Source: Eledone cirrhosa (Eukaryota). From it: a DNA stretch of 64,000 nucleotides. A program made the translations under genes and the position numbers. The notes beneath the pieces were generated by a model. The model was not told the DNA's origin. It did no database searches and saw only the letters and a list, made by a program, of their open reading frames with translations. Each line of letters begins with the position of its first letter. The first letter of the stretch is position 1. The stretch is taken from positions 52,700,001 to 52,764,000 of the forward strand of contig OZ024743.1 of the NCBI GenBank assembly GCA_964016885.1. The letters run 5' to 3'. Shown here piece by piece: positions 13,782-25,617 of the stretch.

Positions 13782-14627
13782 ACACCCCCCCCCCCCATAT
13801 ATATATATATATACATATCACAAACACATACACTACACTTTTGGTATTAATTAAGATATCTTCAAACGGAGTTATATTAATGATGACTGACATATCGTGA
13901 TTGAAGTTGGAATGTTGGGCCACCAAACATGACAGTCCTCACTTCATACCACCCCCACCCCCTCACCAAACATGACAGTCCTCACTTCATACCCCCCCCC
14001 ACCAAACATGACAGTCCTCACTTCGTACGACCATCCCACCCCAATACTGCTCTAACGGGGCCACCAAACACGACACCCCCTCAGGTGACATGACACCCCC
14101 TGTCGTGTATCTTTCTTTCTATGTATTTTACCAGATGTTAGGTTTGGAAACCCCTAAAGAATAAAAATGTCCGAAGCATCCCTAGATCCCGTTCTTAGCG
14201 AAGCCTGTGAGATGGAGCCTCCGTCGGTTTCGACGACGAACATCAAAACTAACGTGTGAGTGTTTGAGCAGTCCACAGACACGTGTGCTCTTACCATAAT
14301 CCTCAGGCAGAATCAGTGCGACAAAATATGTGACACGGCTGGACAATGGAATTACAGGTAGCTTTCATCTTGTATTACAGTGTATGTGGTTGAGTATTCC
14401 ACTGACACGTGTATCCTTAACGTGATCTCCAAGTTGATTCGGCGTGGGATAACATGTGACAAGAGTGGATCATTGAATTATAGATACAATCTCTCCGACG
14501 TGTTTCCACACTTTCTGTCAACCCTAAGGCTTGGGTCACCTTGAGGTTATGGTAAAGACACTTGTTCTAAATGACACCCAGTGAGATCTAACCCGGGACC
14601 TTATGATTACGAAGCAAACCCTCTTAA

Positions 14628-15061
14628 CCCTTTAGCATTTAAACCGGCCATATCCGGCCAGAATTTTCTCACCTCTTTCTGTTCAAACCGGCTGTAACTG
14701 GTCGCTCATAGTGATATTAAGGTATTGTTCTCAAAATAAATAATATCAAAATCTCATAGATTCAATATTATGTGATATAATTATGTAAGATAACGGCTTT
14801 AACATGAAAAAACAATGTATATATAGAGTATTGTAAATGTTGTGAGATATTATGTGAGGTAAAGTGTTTACTGTGAAAATACAAAAGTAAATATAGAGTA
14901 ATGTAAATGTTATGTGAGATATTATGGGGTAAAGCCTTTACTGTGAAAATACAATAGTATATATATAGAGTAAGGTAAATGTTATGTGAGATATTATGTG
15001 AGGTAAAGCCTTTACTGTGAAAATACAATAGTAAATATAGAGTAATGTATATGGTAAAGGG
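14628..15061. mobile_element. piggyBac-type MITE with internal ~72-bp tandem repeat
   Basis: TTAA on both sides (14624-14627, 15062-15065). TIRs CCCTTTAGCAT / ATGGTAAAGGG match at 10 of 11. Tandem units at about 14790-15048. Confidence 0.7.
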
Positions 15062-15199
15062 TTAACCATTCACTCATATTTGCCTGAACACCAATGAACA
15101 CCGATGCTTTTACATCGTGATTAAAGACATGGTAGTGATGGTGGTAGTGTTGTTGTAGGTGATATGATGATGATGGTGATGACGGAGTATATGGGTGTG

Positions 15200-15261
<62 letters not shown>

Positions 15262-15265
<4 letters not shown>

Positions 15266-15344
15266 AAAATGGAACGGGAACAAAACAGAGAGGCAGTACG
15301 AATAAAGGTTTATTAGTTTCACGCTCTTGAGAGTGAGGGGTGGT

Positions 15345-15406
<62 letters not shown>

Positions 15407-15485
15407 AAAATGGAACGGGAACAAAACAGAGAGGCAGTACGAATAAAGGTTTATTAGTTTCACGCTCTTGAGAGTGAGGGGTGGT

Positions 15486-15533
<48 letters not shown>

Positions 15534-15612
15534 AAAATGGAACGGGAACAAAACAGAGAGGCAGTACGAATAAAGGTTTATTAGTTTCACGCTCTTGAGA
15601 GTGAGGGGTGGT

Positions 15613-15614
<2 letters not shown>
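15262..15614. repeat. Three identical 85-bp units separated by (TA)n of different lengths
   Basis: Units at 15262-15346, 15403-15487 and 15530-15614. Confidence 0.9.
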
Positions 15615-15660
<46 letters not shown>

Positions 15661-16810
15661 ATGTTTGTGTGTGTGTGTTATAGAAGTGATAACATCCATG
15701 TTGTTTCTAGGCTACTTCTTCCTGTGGATAACGTTCACCATGGCTTGACTTTCTGGTCTGGATGGTGAGATAACTGGCGTGTGTGTAGGTGTGTGTGTAG
15801 GTGTCTGTGTAGGTGTGTGTGTGTGTATGTAGGTGTGTGAGTGTGTGTGTAGGTGTGTGTGTAGGTGTGTGTGTTTAGGTGTGTGTGTAGGTGTGTGTGT
15901 GTGTAGGTGTGTGTGTGTGTGTAGGTGTGTGTGTGTGTGTGCGTGCGTGTGCGTGTAGGTGTGTGTGTGTGTATGTGTGTGTGTGTACGTAGGTGTGTCT
16001 GTAACAAGTATATCTGTACCGGAATTCATGTAATTGTATTATATATGTGTATATGTGAGTACATCTGTATGTTTGGGGGGAAGAAGGAGGGAGAGAGAGA
16101 GGGAGAGAGAGAGAGGAAGGGAGAGAGAGAGAGAGAGGAAGAGAGAGAGAGAGAGAGGAAGGGAGAGAGAGACAGGAAGGGAGAGAGAGAGGGAGAGAGA
16201 GGAAGTGTGGAATGTAAATTTGACATGAGGACTTGGGTTGGTGGAAATATTAATGAAGATGATTGACTGGGGTCGTATGGGGATGGCACGGATGGAATGC
16301 TGGATTACATTGAAAGAAAATATAGAAAACCTTCTATGGTAATCACATATATACTCACATACACACACATACACATATATATATATGCACACTTATATAT
16401 TCACACATCAACAGATACACACACACACATACACACAGGTACACACACATACACACGTACACACATACACACACACACAGGTACACACACACACAGGTAC
16501 ATACACACAGGTACACACACATACACACGTACACACACAGGTACACACACATACACACATGTACACACACACACAGGTACACACACATACACACGTACAC
16601 ACACACACACACACACAGGTACACACACATACACACATGTACACACATACACACACATGTACACACATACACACACAGGTACACACACATACACACAGGT
16701 ACACACGATAAGTACTAAAACCATCAAGATGATTTGGTTAATTCAGCTGAATTAAGATGATAATGTGGGTAGGGTATACTGGAGGGAGGGGGTGATGGTG
16801 TTGGTGTTGT

Positions 16811-16847
<37 letters not shown>

Positions 16848-16897
16848 CATATAGGGATACAAGTAAAACTCTTTCTCTATTTGCTAAACCTTGATTT

Positions 16898-16989
<92 letters not shown>

Positions 16990-17021
16990 CACACACGCAC
17001 ACACACATATATATATATATA

Positions 17022-17228
17022 AATTTTCAATCACATATATTTTTATTTGTTTGACCCGAATTACTTGGTCGTTTCTATGGTTGTGCGGATGATTGCTTAA
17101 CCATCGTCTCAGTGTTTTTGGCCTTTAACGTATGTTGTAGCTCTGGTTCATCTGAATCATTGAGCGCTTGCCACACATCTCGGAAGTTGTTTTTCGTTAA
17201 TTCCTAAGCCGAAATACAATTCTCGCTA

Positions 17229-17232
<4 letters not shown>
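17022..17232. mobile_element. (TA)n-associated dispersed element with a fixed terminus. Other copies at 19335-19545 (inverted) and 28398-28498
   Basis: Shared GCTTGCCACACATCTCGGAAGTTGTTTTTCG..CGAAATAC..TCTC(G)CTAATTT terminus abutting (TA)n in all three. Confidence 0.7.
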
Positions 17233-17260
<28 letters not shown>

Positions 17261-17272
<12 letters not shown>

Positions 17273-17760
17273 ATAGCTTTCACCGTATTTTTGACTAAAG
17301 GAATTTTAGCTTGATAACGGGGTTTAGAACCCTCAGATAAATGGAAAAAGATGAGTATTGACGTACATGGGAGCCCACATCTGTGGTTATCGCGACCACT
17401 GTGCTACCATTACACCAACAGATCACCCATCTCTTTCCATTCAAATTAGAAACTACATTCTTAGCGAGTTTAAATGGCAAGTAAGTATGTTTTGAAACAG
17501 TAAGCGAGTTTGAAATTAGAAAATATATAGCTTTCACCGTATTTTTGACTAAAGGAATTTTAGCTTGATAACGGGATTTAGAACCCTCAGATAAATGGAA
17601 AAAGATGAGTACTGACGTACATGTACGTCAATACTCATCTTTTTCCATTTATCTGAGGGTTCTAAACCCCGTTATCAAGCTAAAATTCCTTTAGTCAAAA
17701 ATACGGTGAAAGCTATATATTTTCTAATTTCAAACTCGCTCACTGTTTCAAAACATACTT
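17261..17760. mobile_element. 254-bp-unit tandem plus inverted element carrying a tRNA-like domain, inserted in (TA)n
   Basis: Direct repeat at 17261 and 17515. Inversion centre TGACGTACATGTACGTCA at about 17621. Related diverged copy at about 27770-28040. Confidence 0.8.
17358..17423 (-). ncRNA. tRNA-like cloverleaf (pseudo-tRNA, T-loop deleted)
   Basis: TGGTGTAATGGTAGCAC D-arm/A-box and a perfect GTGGT/ACCAC stem with a 7-nt loop CGCGATA. Confidence 0.6.
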
Positions 17761-18053
17761 ATATATATATATATAAACAAGGTTTAGTAAATAATGAAAA
17801 AGTTTCAAAATAAATTTTAAAAAATTGACTTTACCTACTATAGTTACCTTTACCGACCGAAGAACAAACTTGGTCGTTCCGACTGCTGCTAGCAATAGCT
17901 GTGGCTAGTTTGACCTACCTCCTTTTGCCTCTATCGTTGCTACGGCCCTTGATAAACCTGTTCTACATCATCCACTCTCATCCCAGGAACAGTTTTTGAT
18001 AGCGCTAGTTTGTGATTTAGATTCAGGAATTTTATATTCTTTGAATGAAAAGA

Positions 18054-18137
18054 ACCTTCTGACGAGAATCTTTCTTTGCAACGAAGGCCGTATGGTCTCC
18101 GTTTTATTTTTGGGATTCGAAACCGATCGGTAAAGGT
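18054..18137 (+). ncRNA. Type I hammerhead ribozyme with a large loop 2
   Basis: Stem I ACCTT/AAGGT, core CTGACGA, stem II GAATCTT/GGGATTC, GAAA, palindromic stem III ACCGATCGGT, cleavage triplet GUA (after 18132). Confidence 0.85.
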
Positions 18138-18536
18138 AACTATAGTAGGTAAAGTCAATTTTTTTAAATTTATTTTGAAACTTTTTCATTATTTACTAAA
18201 CCTTGTTTATATTTGTTCTGGCTCGTTAATTTATTAACCCGCCATTGAACCACACTGGCATTTGGTTGGACAATACATGCGTACCTTGGCGCCTTATGCG
18301 TGAAGGAACGTATTTCATATTACTACTACCTCCACTAACGTTGAGAACAAACTTGGTCGTTCCGACTGCTGCTAGCAATAGCTGTGGCTAGTTTGACCTA
18401 CCTCCTTTTGCCTCTATCTTTGCTACGGCCCTTGATAAACCTGTTCTACATCATCCACTTTCATCCCAGGAACAGTTTTTGATAGCGCTAGTTTGTGATT
18501 TAAATTCAGGAATTTTATATTCTTTGAATGAAAAGA

Positions 18537-18620
18537 ACCTTCTGACGAGAATCTTTCTTTGCAACGAAGGCCGTATGGTCTCCGTTTTATTTTTGGGATT
18601 CGAAACCGATCGGTAAAGGT
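18537..18620 (+). ncRNA. Type I hammerhead ribozyme (copy 2 of the 483-bp unit)
   Basis: Same fold as 18054-18137. Confidence 0.85.
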
Positions 18621-19019
18621 AACTATAGTAGGTAAAGTCAATTTTTTAAAATTTATTTTGAAACTTTTTCATTATTTACTAAACCTTGTTTATATTTGTT
18701 CTGGCTCGTTAATTTATTAACCCGCCATTGAACCACACTGGCATTTGGTTGGACAATACATGCGTACCTTGGCGCCTTGTGCGTGAAGGAACGTATTTCA
18801 TATTACTACTACCTCCACTAACGTTGAGAACAAACTTGGTCGTTCCGACTGCTGCTAGCAATAGCTGTGGCTAGTTTGACCTACCTCCTTTTGCCTCTAT
18901 CTTTGCTACGGCCCTTGATAAACCTGTTCTACATCATCCACTTTCATCCCAGGAACAGTTTTTGATAGCGCTAGTTTGTGATTTAAATTCAGGAATTTTA
19001 TATTCTTTGAATGAAAAGA

Positions 19020-19103
19020 ACCTTCTGACGATAATCTTTCTTTGCAACGAAGGCCGTATGGTCTCCGTTTTATTTTTGGGATTCGAAACCGATCGGTAAA
19101 GGT
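19020..19103 (+). ncRNA. Type I hammerhead ribozyme (copy 3, G10.1>T mutation)
   Basis: CTGACGA-TAATC breaks the first stem II pair. Otherwise the same fold. Confidence 0.7.
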
Positions 19104-19276
19104 AACTATAGTAGGTAAAGTCAATTTTTTAAAATTTATTTTGAAACTTTTTCATTATTTACTAAACCTTGTTTATATTTGTTCTGGCTCGTTAATTTAT
19201 TGACCCGCCATTGAACCACACTGGCATTTGGTTGGACAATACATGCATACCTTGGCGCCTTGTGCGTGAAGGAACG

Positions 19277-19333
<57 letters not shown>

Positions 19334-19653
19334 TAAATTAAGGAGAGTCGTATTTCGGCTTAGGAATTAACGAAAAACAACTTCCGAGATGTGGCAAGCG
19401 CTCCATAGAAACTAGTGAACTAGAGCAACAACATAAGTTAAAAGGCCAAACACACTGAGACGATGGTTAAACCATTATCCGCACAACCATAGAAACGACC
19501 AAGTAATTCGGGTCAAACGAATAATAAAATATGATTGAAAATTATACCCGGACTCCTGGAAGGTTGGTAATATCCAGTATGGGGTTTCTGCAACTCCTAA
19601 ATCAAGTACTGTCTGCTTAGACAAATAATGTTAAGCTTTTGGTATGATGATCG

Positions 19654-19710
<57 letters not shown>

Positions 19711-19754
19711 CCATGATATTAAATAAATGGAAACTATATTTATAAAACCATATT

Positions 19755-19819
19755 TATTTTATTATATATATTTCAAGGGCGACCAAGCCAACCTTGGTGC
19801 GCTTTCATCAGATAAAATA
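19755..19819 (-). ncRNA. Type I hammerhead ribozyme, dispersed family C
   Basis: TATTTTAT CTGATGA AAG..ACCAAG/CTTGGT..CTT GAAA TATATA TA ATAAAATA. Confidence 0.75.
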
Positions 19820-20764
19820 CAAAGTTTGTTTTATAAATAAAGACGTACCCATGAAGATTCAACCTTATCGCTCGGAAATTCACTGGATAGTGGAAACATA
19901 TTAGGGAATATTCAAAGTTATGTATGAATATGCAAATGAATGTGTAAGTAATTGAAAAAACAACCGTTTATTTAAATGACGCTGGGGAGAAATAGGGAAG
20001 AAAGAGAGAGAGGAAAAAATATTAATATTGTGAGATGGAAAGAGAGATGAAATTTACAAGAGGATGAATAGAACTCATGTAAAGTAAATAAGTTTTAAGT
20101 TTATATCTACTAATGATACGTATATTTATTATTATTAAGTTGTTAACATTCATTTCTAATATAATATGATATAATATTTACTATTATAAGTAGATATAAA
20201 AAATAGATATATAAAAAATATATATAAAAATTATGTTGAAAAATAAATAGATAGAAAGATAGATATATAGAAGAATCAATAGATAGAAAATAGATAGATA
20301 GAAAAATAGATATATGAATGGATAGATGGGCATATCTTGTTATATATAATTGTTTTAATGAGTTATTGGTTGTAGTGCACCTGAGCACTGTACACAATAA
20401 TTTCATTATTATTATTTAAATCTAATAAAAAAATTTTCATTAAAAAATATAAAAAATATTTAAAATTCTGGAAAATTATCGGAAAATACTTTAAAAAATA
20501 CTTAAAAAACATTTAAAAAACATTTTTAAAATACTTTAAAAAATACTTAAAAAATACTTTTAAAATATTTTAAAAATATTTAGGAAAATATTTAAAAAAG
20601 ATTTTTAAAATATTTTTAAAATCCTTTAAAAAATCTTTAAAAAAGATAAAAAAAATAAAAAAAAAAAAAATACCACAGAAGGTGTGACGAAAGACCTGTG
20701 ACAATTATATGACCACCATGGATTAGTTACCTTACTAAAAATAACACTATGAAATTCGACATTT

Positions 20765-20925
20765 TTATTGAGACACTTTATTTCATGTTGCTCCAGTTTA
20801 CTCAGCTGTAGAAATGAGATGATAGGACTGGGGTCCCTATTATTAAATTACCCAAGACACCTCCAACGAGATATAACTTGGAGGAGGCCAGCTAAACCTG
20901 CATAGGTATGAATAGTCACACACAT
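20765..20925 (+). mobile_element. SINE family B copy
   Basis: Inverted match to 11383-11545. Confidence 0.6.
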
Positions 20926-21069
20926 GACCAGCACAAAATATCACAATATAGGCTTCAACACATGAGTTCACACAGAGAATCTTGCAAGTTGAAAAACACT
21001 GTTCTGTTATCAAAAGAAATGCATAACAACTCGACTTTGTAAAGCAATGCGTCTCTTCTGGAGTACATA

Positions 21070-21146
21070 CCTAACCCTAAACCCTAATCCTAACCCTAAC
21101 CCTAATCTTAACCCTAACCCTAATCCTAACCCCAACCCCAACTCCA
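21070..21146. repeat. Degenerate (CCCTAA)n interstitial telomere-like tract
   Basis: About a dozen CCCTAA/TCCTAA hexamers. Confidence 0.7.
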
Positions 21147-22030
21147 ACGTAAAAGAACTGAAACTCACCAATGGCTAAGCTGAAAGGCTGAAATAAACAC
21201 TATCTCTAAATATAAAAAGAAAAGTCTATGCAGAACTTAGCCAATAAGAAAATCGTAAGAGTATCTTACTGCTTGAGGTAAGACTATTACAGCAACAGAA
21301 AAAGAAAACAACAAAGACAGCCTTCATAAACAATTATGCAACAAGAATGCAACTGCATCACCCAGAAATGCAATAGATATTTCCACAAATAAATAACAGA
21401 ACAAACATAAACAGCAGACGATCGAGAAGAAAAGTAAATACCTGAATATTGTTATTCATAGAATAAACATGTCGGATATGGCACTGACAACCGAATTCGA
21501 CAGAAAAACTAAAGCAACGTGAAAGAACTCAACTAGATCTAGAAGAAAATACCTCTTCTCAAGTTACCACCGAATTACGTAACATACAAAGAGGTAAATT
21601 CATTAGAATGTCTGACTGACACTCGGGAGAATTAGATGGCGGCTAAGGAACAACAACAACAGTAGTGACAGTGACAGAAATAACAACAACAACAACAGTA
21701 GTGACAGTGACAGAAATAACAACAACAGTAGTGACAGTACAGAAATAACAACAACAACAACAACAGTAGTGACAGTGACAGAAATAACAACGGAAGAGAC
21801 AACAGCTGTAACACGAACAACAACCCATTCTACAACAATAACAACACAAACGACAACAATAATAACACAAACTACAACAACAACAACACAATGACCTTAC
21901 AACAACAACGACACGATGACCTTACAACAACAACAACAACACGATGACCTTACAACAACAATAACAAGAACAACGACTGAAAACAAAACAAAAGAATCTT
22001 CTAAATGTCGCACTAACCTAAGTAGCCCCA

Positions 22031-22074
<44 letters not shown>

Positions 22075-22514
22075 CACATAAACACACACACACACACACT
22101 CACACACACACTCACACACACACACACTCACACACACACACATATACTCACACGCACACTCACACACACACACGCTCACACACACACACACTCACACACA
22201 CACACACACACACACTCATATACACACCCACTCACACACATCCACTCACACACACACACTCACACACACACACTCACACACACACTCACACACACACTCA
22301 CACACTCACATACACACTCACACTCACACACTCACACACACAAACACGCACACATACACACACACTCTCACACACACACACACACTCACACACACTTACG
22401 CACCCACCCACACACATACTCACACACACACTCACACACTCACCCACACACACACTCACACACACTCACACACATACACACTCACACACACACAGACAGA
22501 CACTCACACACACG

Positions 22515-22990
22515 TACAGGGATGCCACTTGCACCGACACTTTCTGCAGCCACAACTTGGTGCAGTCTGCGACTAACCCAGATTCTGCTGCACGTCCGGC
22601 TGAGGAGGCCAAACTCTTCAAATACCGGTCACTCTCCGACAGGTTTGCGGTTGTACCCTTGGCAGTGGAGACTTCTGGTGTCCTCGGCCCTAGGGCTACC
22701 TCCCTACTCACCACAATAGGCGCTGAGCTGGCCAGCCGCAGGTGTGAGTCTCGCGAGCTGGAATGGCTTTTCCAGCGCGTCTCCCCTGCCGTCCTCCGGG
22801 GAAACGCCTTCTCCATTCTGTCCACCGGGGCTGTGGGGAGGCCACCAATATGATTGACTGACTTGTCATTTTATCAGTCAGATGTTAACTGCTTATAGAG
22901 AGTTACAAGTTAGGAATATCGACGGCTATACGACATTTTCGAAAGAATAATGTGTGCTGCTGAATTGAAAGTTAGATGATAAGAACATAC
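22515..22990 (+). mobile_element. 3' end of a CRE-like non-LTR retrotransposon (restriction-like endonuclease C-terminus)
   Basis: Translation DATCTDTF..AARPAEEAKLFKYRSL..VPLAVETSGVLGP..LFQRVS.AV.RGNA. 5'-truncated against a long (CA)n tract. Confidence 0.7.
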
Positions 22991-23361
22991 AATACGTGTA
23001 CATACATAGATACATACATACAAACATACATACATACATACATACATACATACATACATACATACATACATACATACAATACATACATATATACAATACA
23101 TACATACATACATACATACAATACATACATACATACAATGAATACATACATATGATGGCTGCCCCCTCGTTATCGAGTATGGCCATTGCACGAGGAGAAA
23201 AAAAAAATATATATATATATAGAAATTGGAATAAATGCTCTGAAATAGCGATATATATGTGAATATAGACATAGAATATTCGAAAATATTCTGTATGTTT
23301 ATAATAAACATTTTGAAGACCTAATCGCTATAGAATAGAATACGTCACGTATTACAATTAG

Positions 23362-23450
23362 ATTCTCGATAAAAGCAAGGGAAGTAATCTACGCGTTTCA
23401 TTCTCGTTAGAAATCATCAGGACTACATATCCAGTGCTTTTATCGAGAAT
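23362..23450 (-). ncRNA. Type I hammerhead ribozyme (310-bp unit, minus arm)
   Basis: Reverse complement of 23727-23815. Confidence 0.85.
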
Positions 23451-23726
23451 GACACAGCTAGAGACTTATAGAATACTTAGCTGTGTACAGGAACTGGTTT
23501 GAAAGAGCGGTTGCCGGTCCGGCAGAAATTAGAAATTGGAATAAATGCTCTGAAATAGCGATATATATGTGAATATAGACATAGAATATTCGAAAATATT
23601 CTGTATGTTTATAATAAACATTTTGAAGACCTAATCGCTATAGAATAGAATACGTCACGTATTACAATTAGATTCTCGATAAAAGCAAGGGAAGTAGGAA
23701 GTATTCTATAAGTCTCTAGCTGTGTC

Positions 23727-23815
23727 ATTCTCGATAAAAGCACTGGATATGTAGTCCTGATGATTTCTAACGAGAATGAAACGCGTAGATTACTTCCCTT
23801 GCTTTTATCGAGAAT
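23727..23815 (+). ncRNA. Type I hammerhead ribozyme with extended stem I
   Basis: Outer stem ATTCTCGATAAAAGCA/TGCTTTTATCGAGAAT (16 bp), internal loop, GTAGTC/GATTAC, CTGATGA, TTCT-AACG-AGAA (with a T.T 10.1-11.1 pair), GAAA, palindrome ACGCGT, GUA cleavage after 23787. Confidence 0.85.
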
Positions 23816-24036
23816 CTAATTGTAATACGTGACGTATTCTATTCTATAGCGATTAGGTCTTCAAAATGTTTATTATAAACATACAGAATATTTTCGAATA
23901 TTCTATGTCTATATTCACATATATATCGCTATTTCAGAGCATTTATTCCAATTTCTAATTTCTGCCGGACCGGCAACCGCTCTTTCAAACCAGTTCCTGT
24001 ACACAGCTAAGTATTCTATAAGTCTCTAGCTGTGTC

Positions 24037-24125
24037 ATTCTCGATAAAAGCACTGGATATGTAGTCCTGATGATTTCTAACGAGAATGAAACGCGTAGAT
24101 TACTTCCCTTGCTTTTATCGAGAAT
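24037..24125 (+). ncRNA. Type I hammerhead ribozyme (310-bp unit)
   Basis: Same sequence as 23727-23815, offset +310. Confidence 0.85.
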
Positions 24126-24346
24126 CTAATTGTAATACGTGACGTATTCTATTCTATAGCGATTAGGTCTTCAAAATGTTTATTATAAACATACAGAATA
24201 TTTTCGAATATTCTATGTCTATATTCACATATATATCGCTATTTCAGAGCATTTATTCCAATTTCTAATTTCTGCCGGACCGGCAACCGCTCTTTCAAAC
24301 CAGTTCCTGTACACAGCTAAGTATTCTATAAGTCTCTAGCTGTGTC

Positions 24347-24435
24347 ATTCTCGATAAAAGCACTGGATATGTAGTCCTGATGATTTCTAACGAGAATGAA
24401 ACGCGTAGATTACTTCCCTTGCTTTTATCGAGAAT
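24347..24435 (+). ncRNA. Type I hammerhead ribozyme (310-bp unit)
   Basis: Same sequence as 23727-23815, offset +620. Confidence 0.85.
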
Positions 24436-24533
24436 CTAATTGTAATACGTGACGTATTCTATTCTATAGCGATTAGGTCTTCAAAATGTTTATTATAAAC
24501 ATACAGAATATTTTCGAATATTCTATGTCTATA

Positions 24534-24587
<54 letters not shown>

Positions 24588-24912
24588 TAAATAAATAAAA
24601 AATAAAATATAATAAAAAAAAACACACACATATACATTAATAACAATAATAATAATAATAACAACAATAATAATAACGACAACAACAACAATAATAATAT
24701 ACATATACATATATATATACACACACACGCACACACATAAACATACCTATACACACACACACACGATAGCAACTAACAGCGCTGCGATCGAATGTGGCTT
24801 TTTAGCCCAGCCAATGATCTAAAATGTCTTGCACATACATACATACATACATACATACATACATACATACATACATACATACATACATACATACATACAT
24901 ACAATACATACA

Positions 24913-25315
24913 TAGTGGCTGCCAACTCGTTTTCGAGTACGGCCACTACTTTATATCCATGTAGGAGAACCCTTACCGATGCGCTGAACGAGTGTGACTT
25001 TTTAGTCCAGCCAGCGACTTGAAAACTCTGGTACAAACACTACACTTGTGACAATTATTGACACATAGTGCTGGGCCCATGGTACCATGTGATGACAAGT
25101 ACAGAGAGATCTCCAGATATAAAGCAATGCCTGTGCTGTGAAGCTTTTATAGTGAGCAAAGGCACTGCACAAAGCCAGTCCCACTCTCTTAACCAAGATG
25201 ATATTTACCAAAAAGAAGAACAAGTCAACATCATTGGATACCATCAGTGTTGCAGGTGTTATATCAGAGTTTTCCTTCTCCTAGAATTCTGCCTTGACAA
25301 AGGCTAAGGGGTCAT
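24913..25315 (-). mobile_element. Internally deleted (bipartite) non-autonomous RTE derivative
   Basis: RTE 5'UTR-like CTAGGAGAAGGAAAACTC, a zinc-finger remnant (KSLAGLKSH), and the 3' end GGCCGTACTCGAAAACGAGTTGGCAGCCACT followed by (ATGT)n. Confidence 0.65.
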
Positions 25316-25617
25316 CTCTCATACATACATACATACATACATACATACATACATACATACATACATACATACATACATACATACAAACATACAAACATAC
25401 ATACATACAATACATACATATATACAATACACATACTTACAACACACACATGTATCTACACTCACACATACAATAAATAAAACAAGATCTGTTTATTTAC
25501 TTAGCTATGGCCTATATTATATACTTAACTATGACTTATTTCATACAGCTGAAGAATAATCAAAATACCAGTGACAGGTCGGCAAGGTACAGCACCAGTA
25601 GGAACAGCGACAGAAAT

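Larger units (their letters stand above)
17773..19284 (+). mobile_element. Retrozyme/Penelope-pLTR-like element: ~3 tandem 483-bp units plus a short inverted segment, in (TA)n
   Basis: Units start at 17861, 18344 and 18827. 17773-17856 is the reverse complement of the unit segment starting near the ribozyme cleavage site. Confidence 0.85.
23221..24537. mobile_element. Retrozyme/Penelope-pLTR-like element: 310-bp tandem units in head-to-head inversion
   Basis: Minus arm 23221-23696 (repeat at 23221 and 23531). Plus arm about 23699-24537 (repeat at 23701, 24011 and 24321). Both outer ends lie in (TA)n. Confidence 0.9.
23153..24832 (-). mobile_element. 5'-truncated copy of the RTE 3' end seen at 555-945, split by an insertion into its (TA)n
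   Basis: 24832-24584 and 23210-23153 match the 555-945 region on the minus strand. Confidence 0.85.

Noticed and set aside
15262-15614. CRISPR-like repeat-spacer layout
   Set aside because: Eukaryotic context, spacers are (TA)n, 85-bp repeats, no cas genes.
15711-15764. Possible small exon (LLLPVDNVHHGLTFWSG) with TTTCTAG/GTGAG sites
   Set aside because: Plausible splice signals, but too short to support without transcripts or homology.
19450-19520. Hammerhead in the 17022/19335/28398 family
   Set aside because: Core reads CTGAGAC, not CTGANGA, and stem III does not pair properly.
21070-21146. True telomere
   Set aside because: Short, degenerate and internal.
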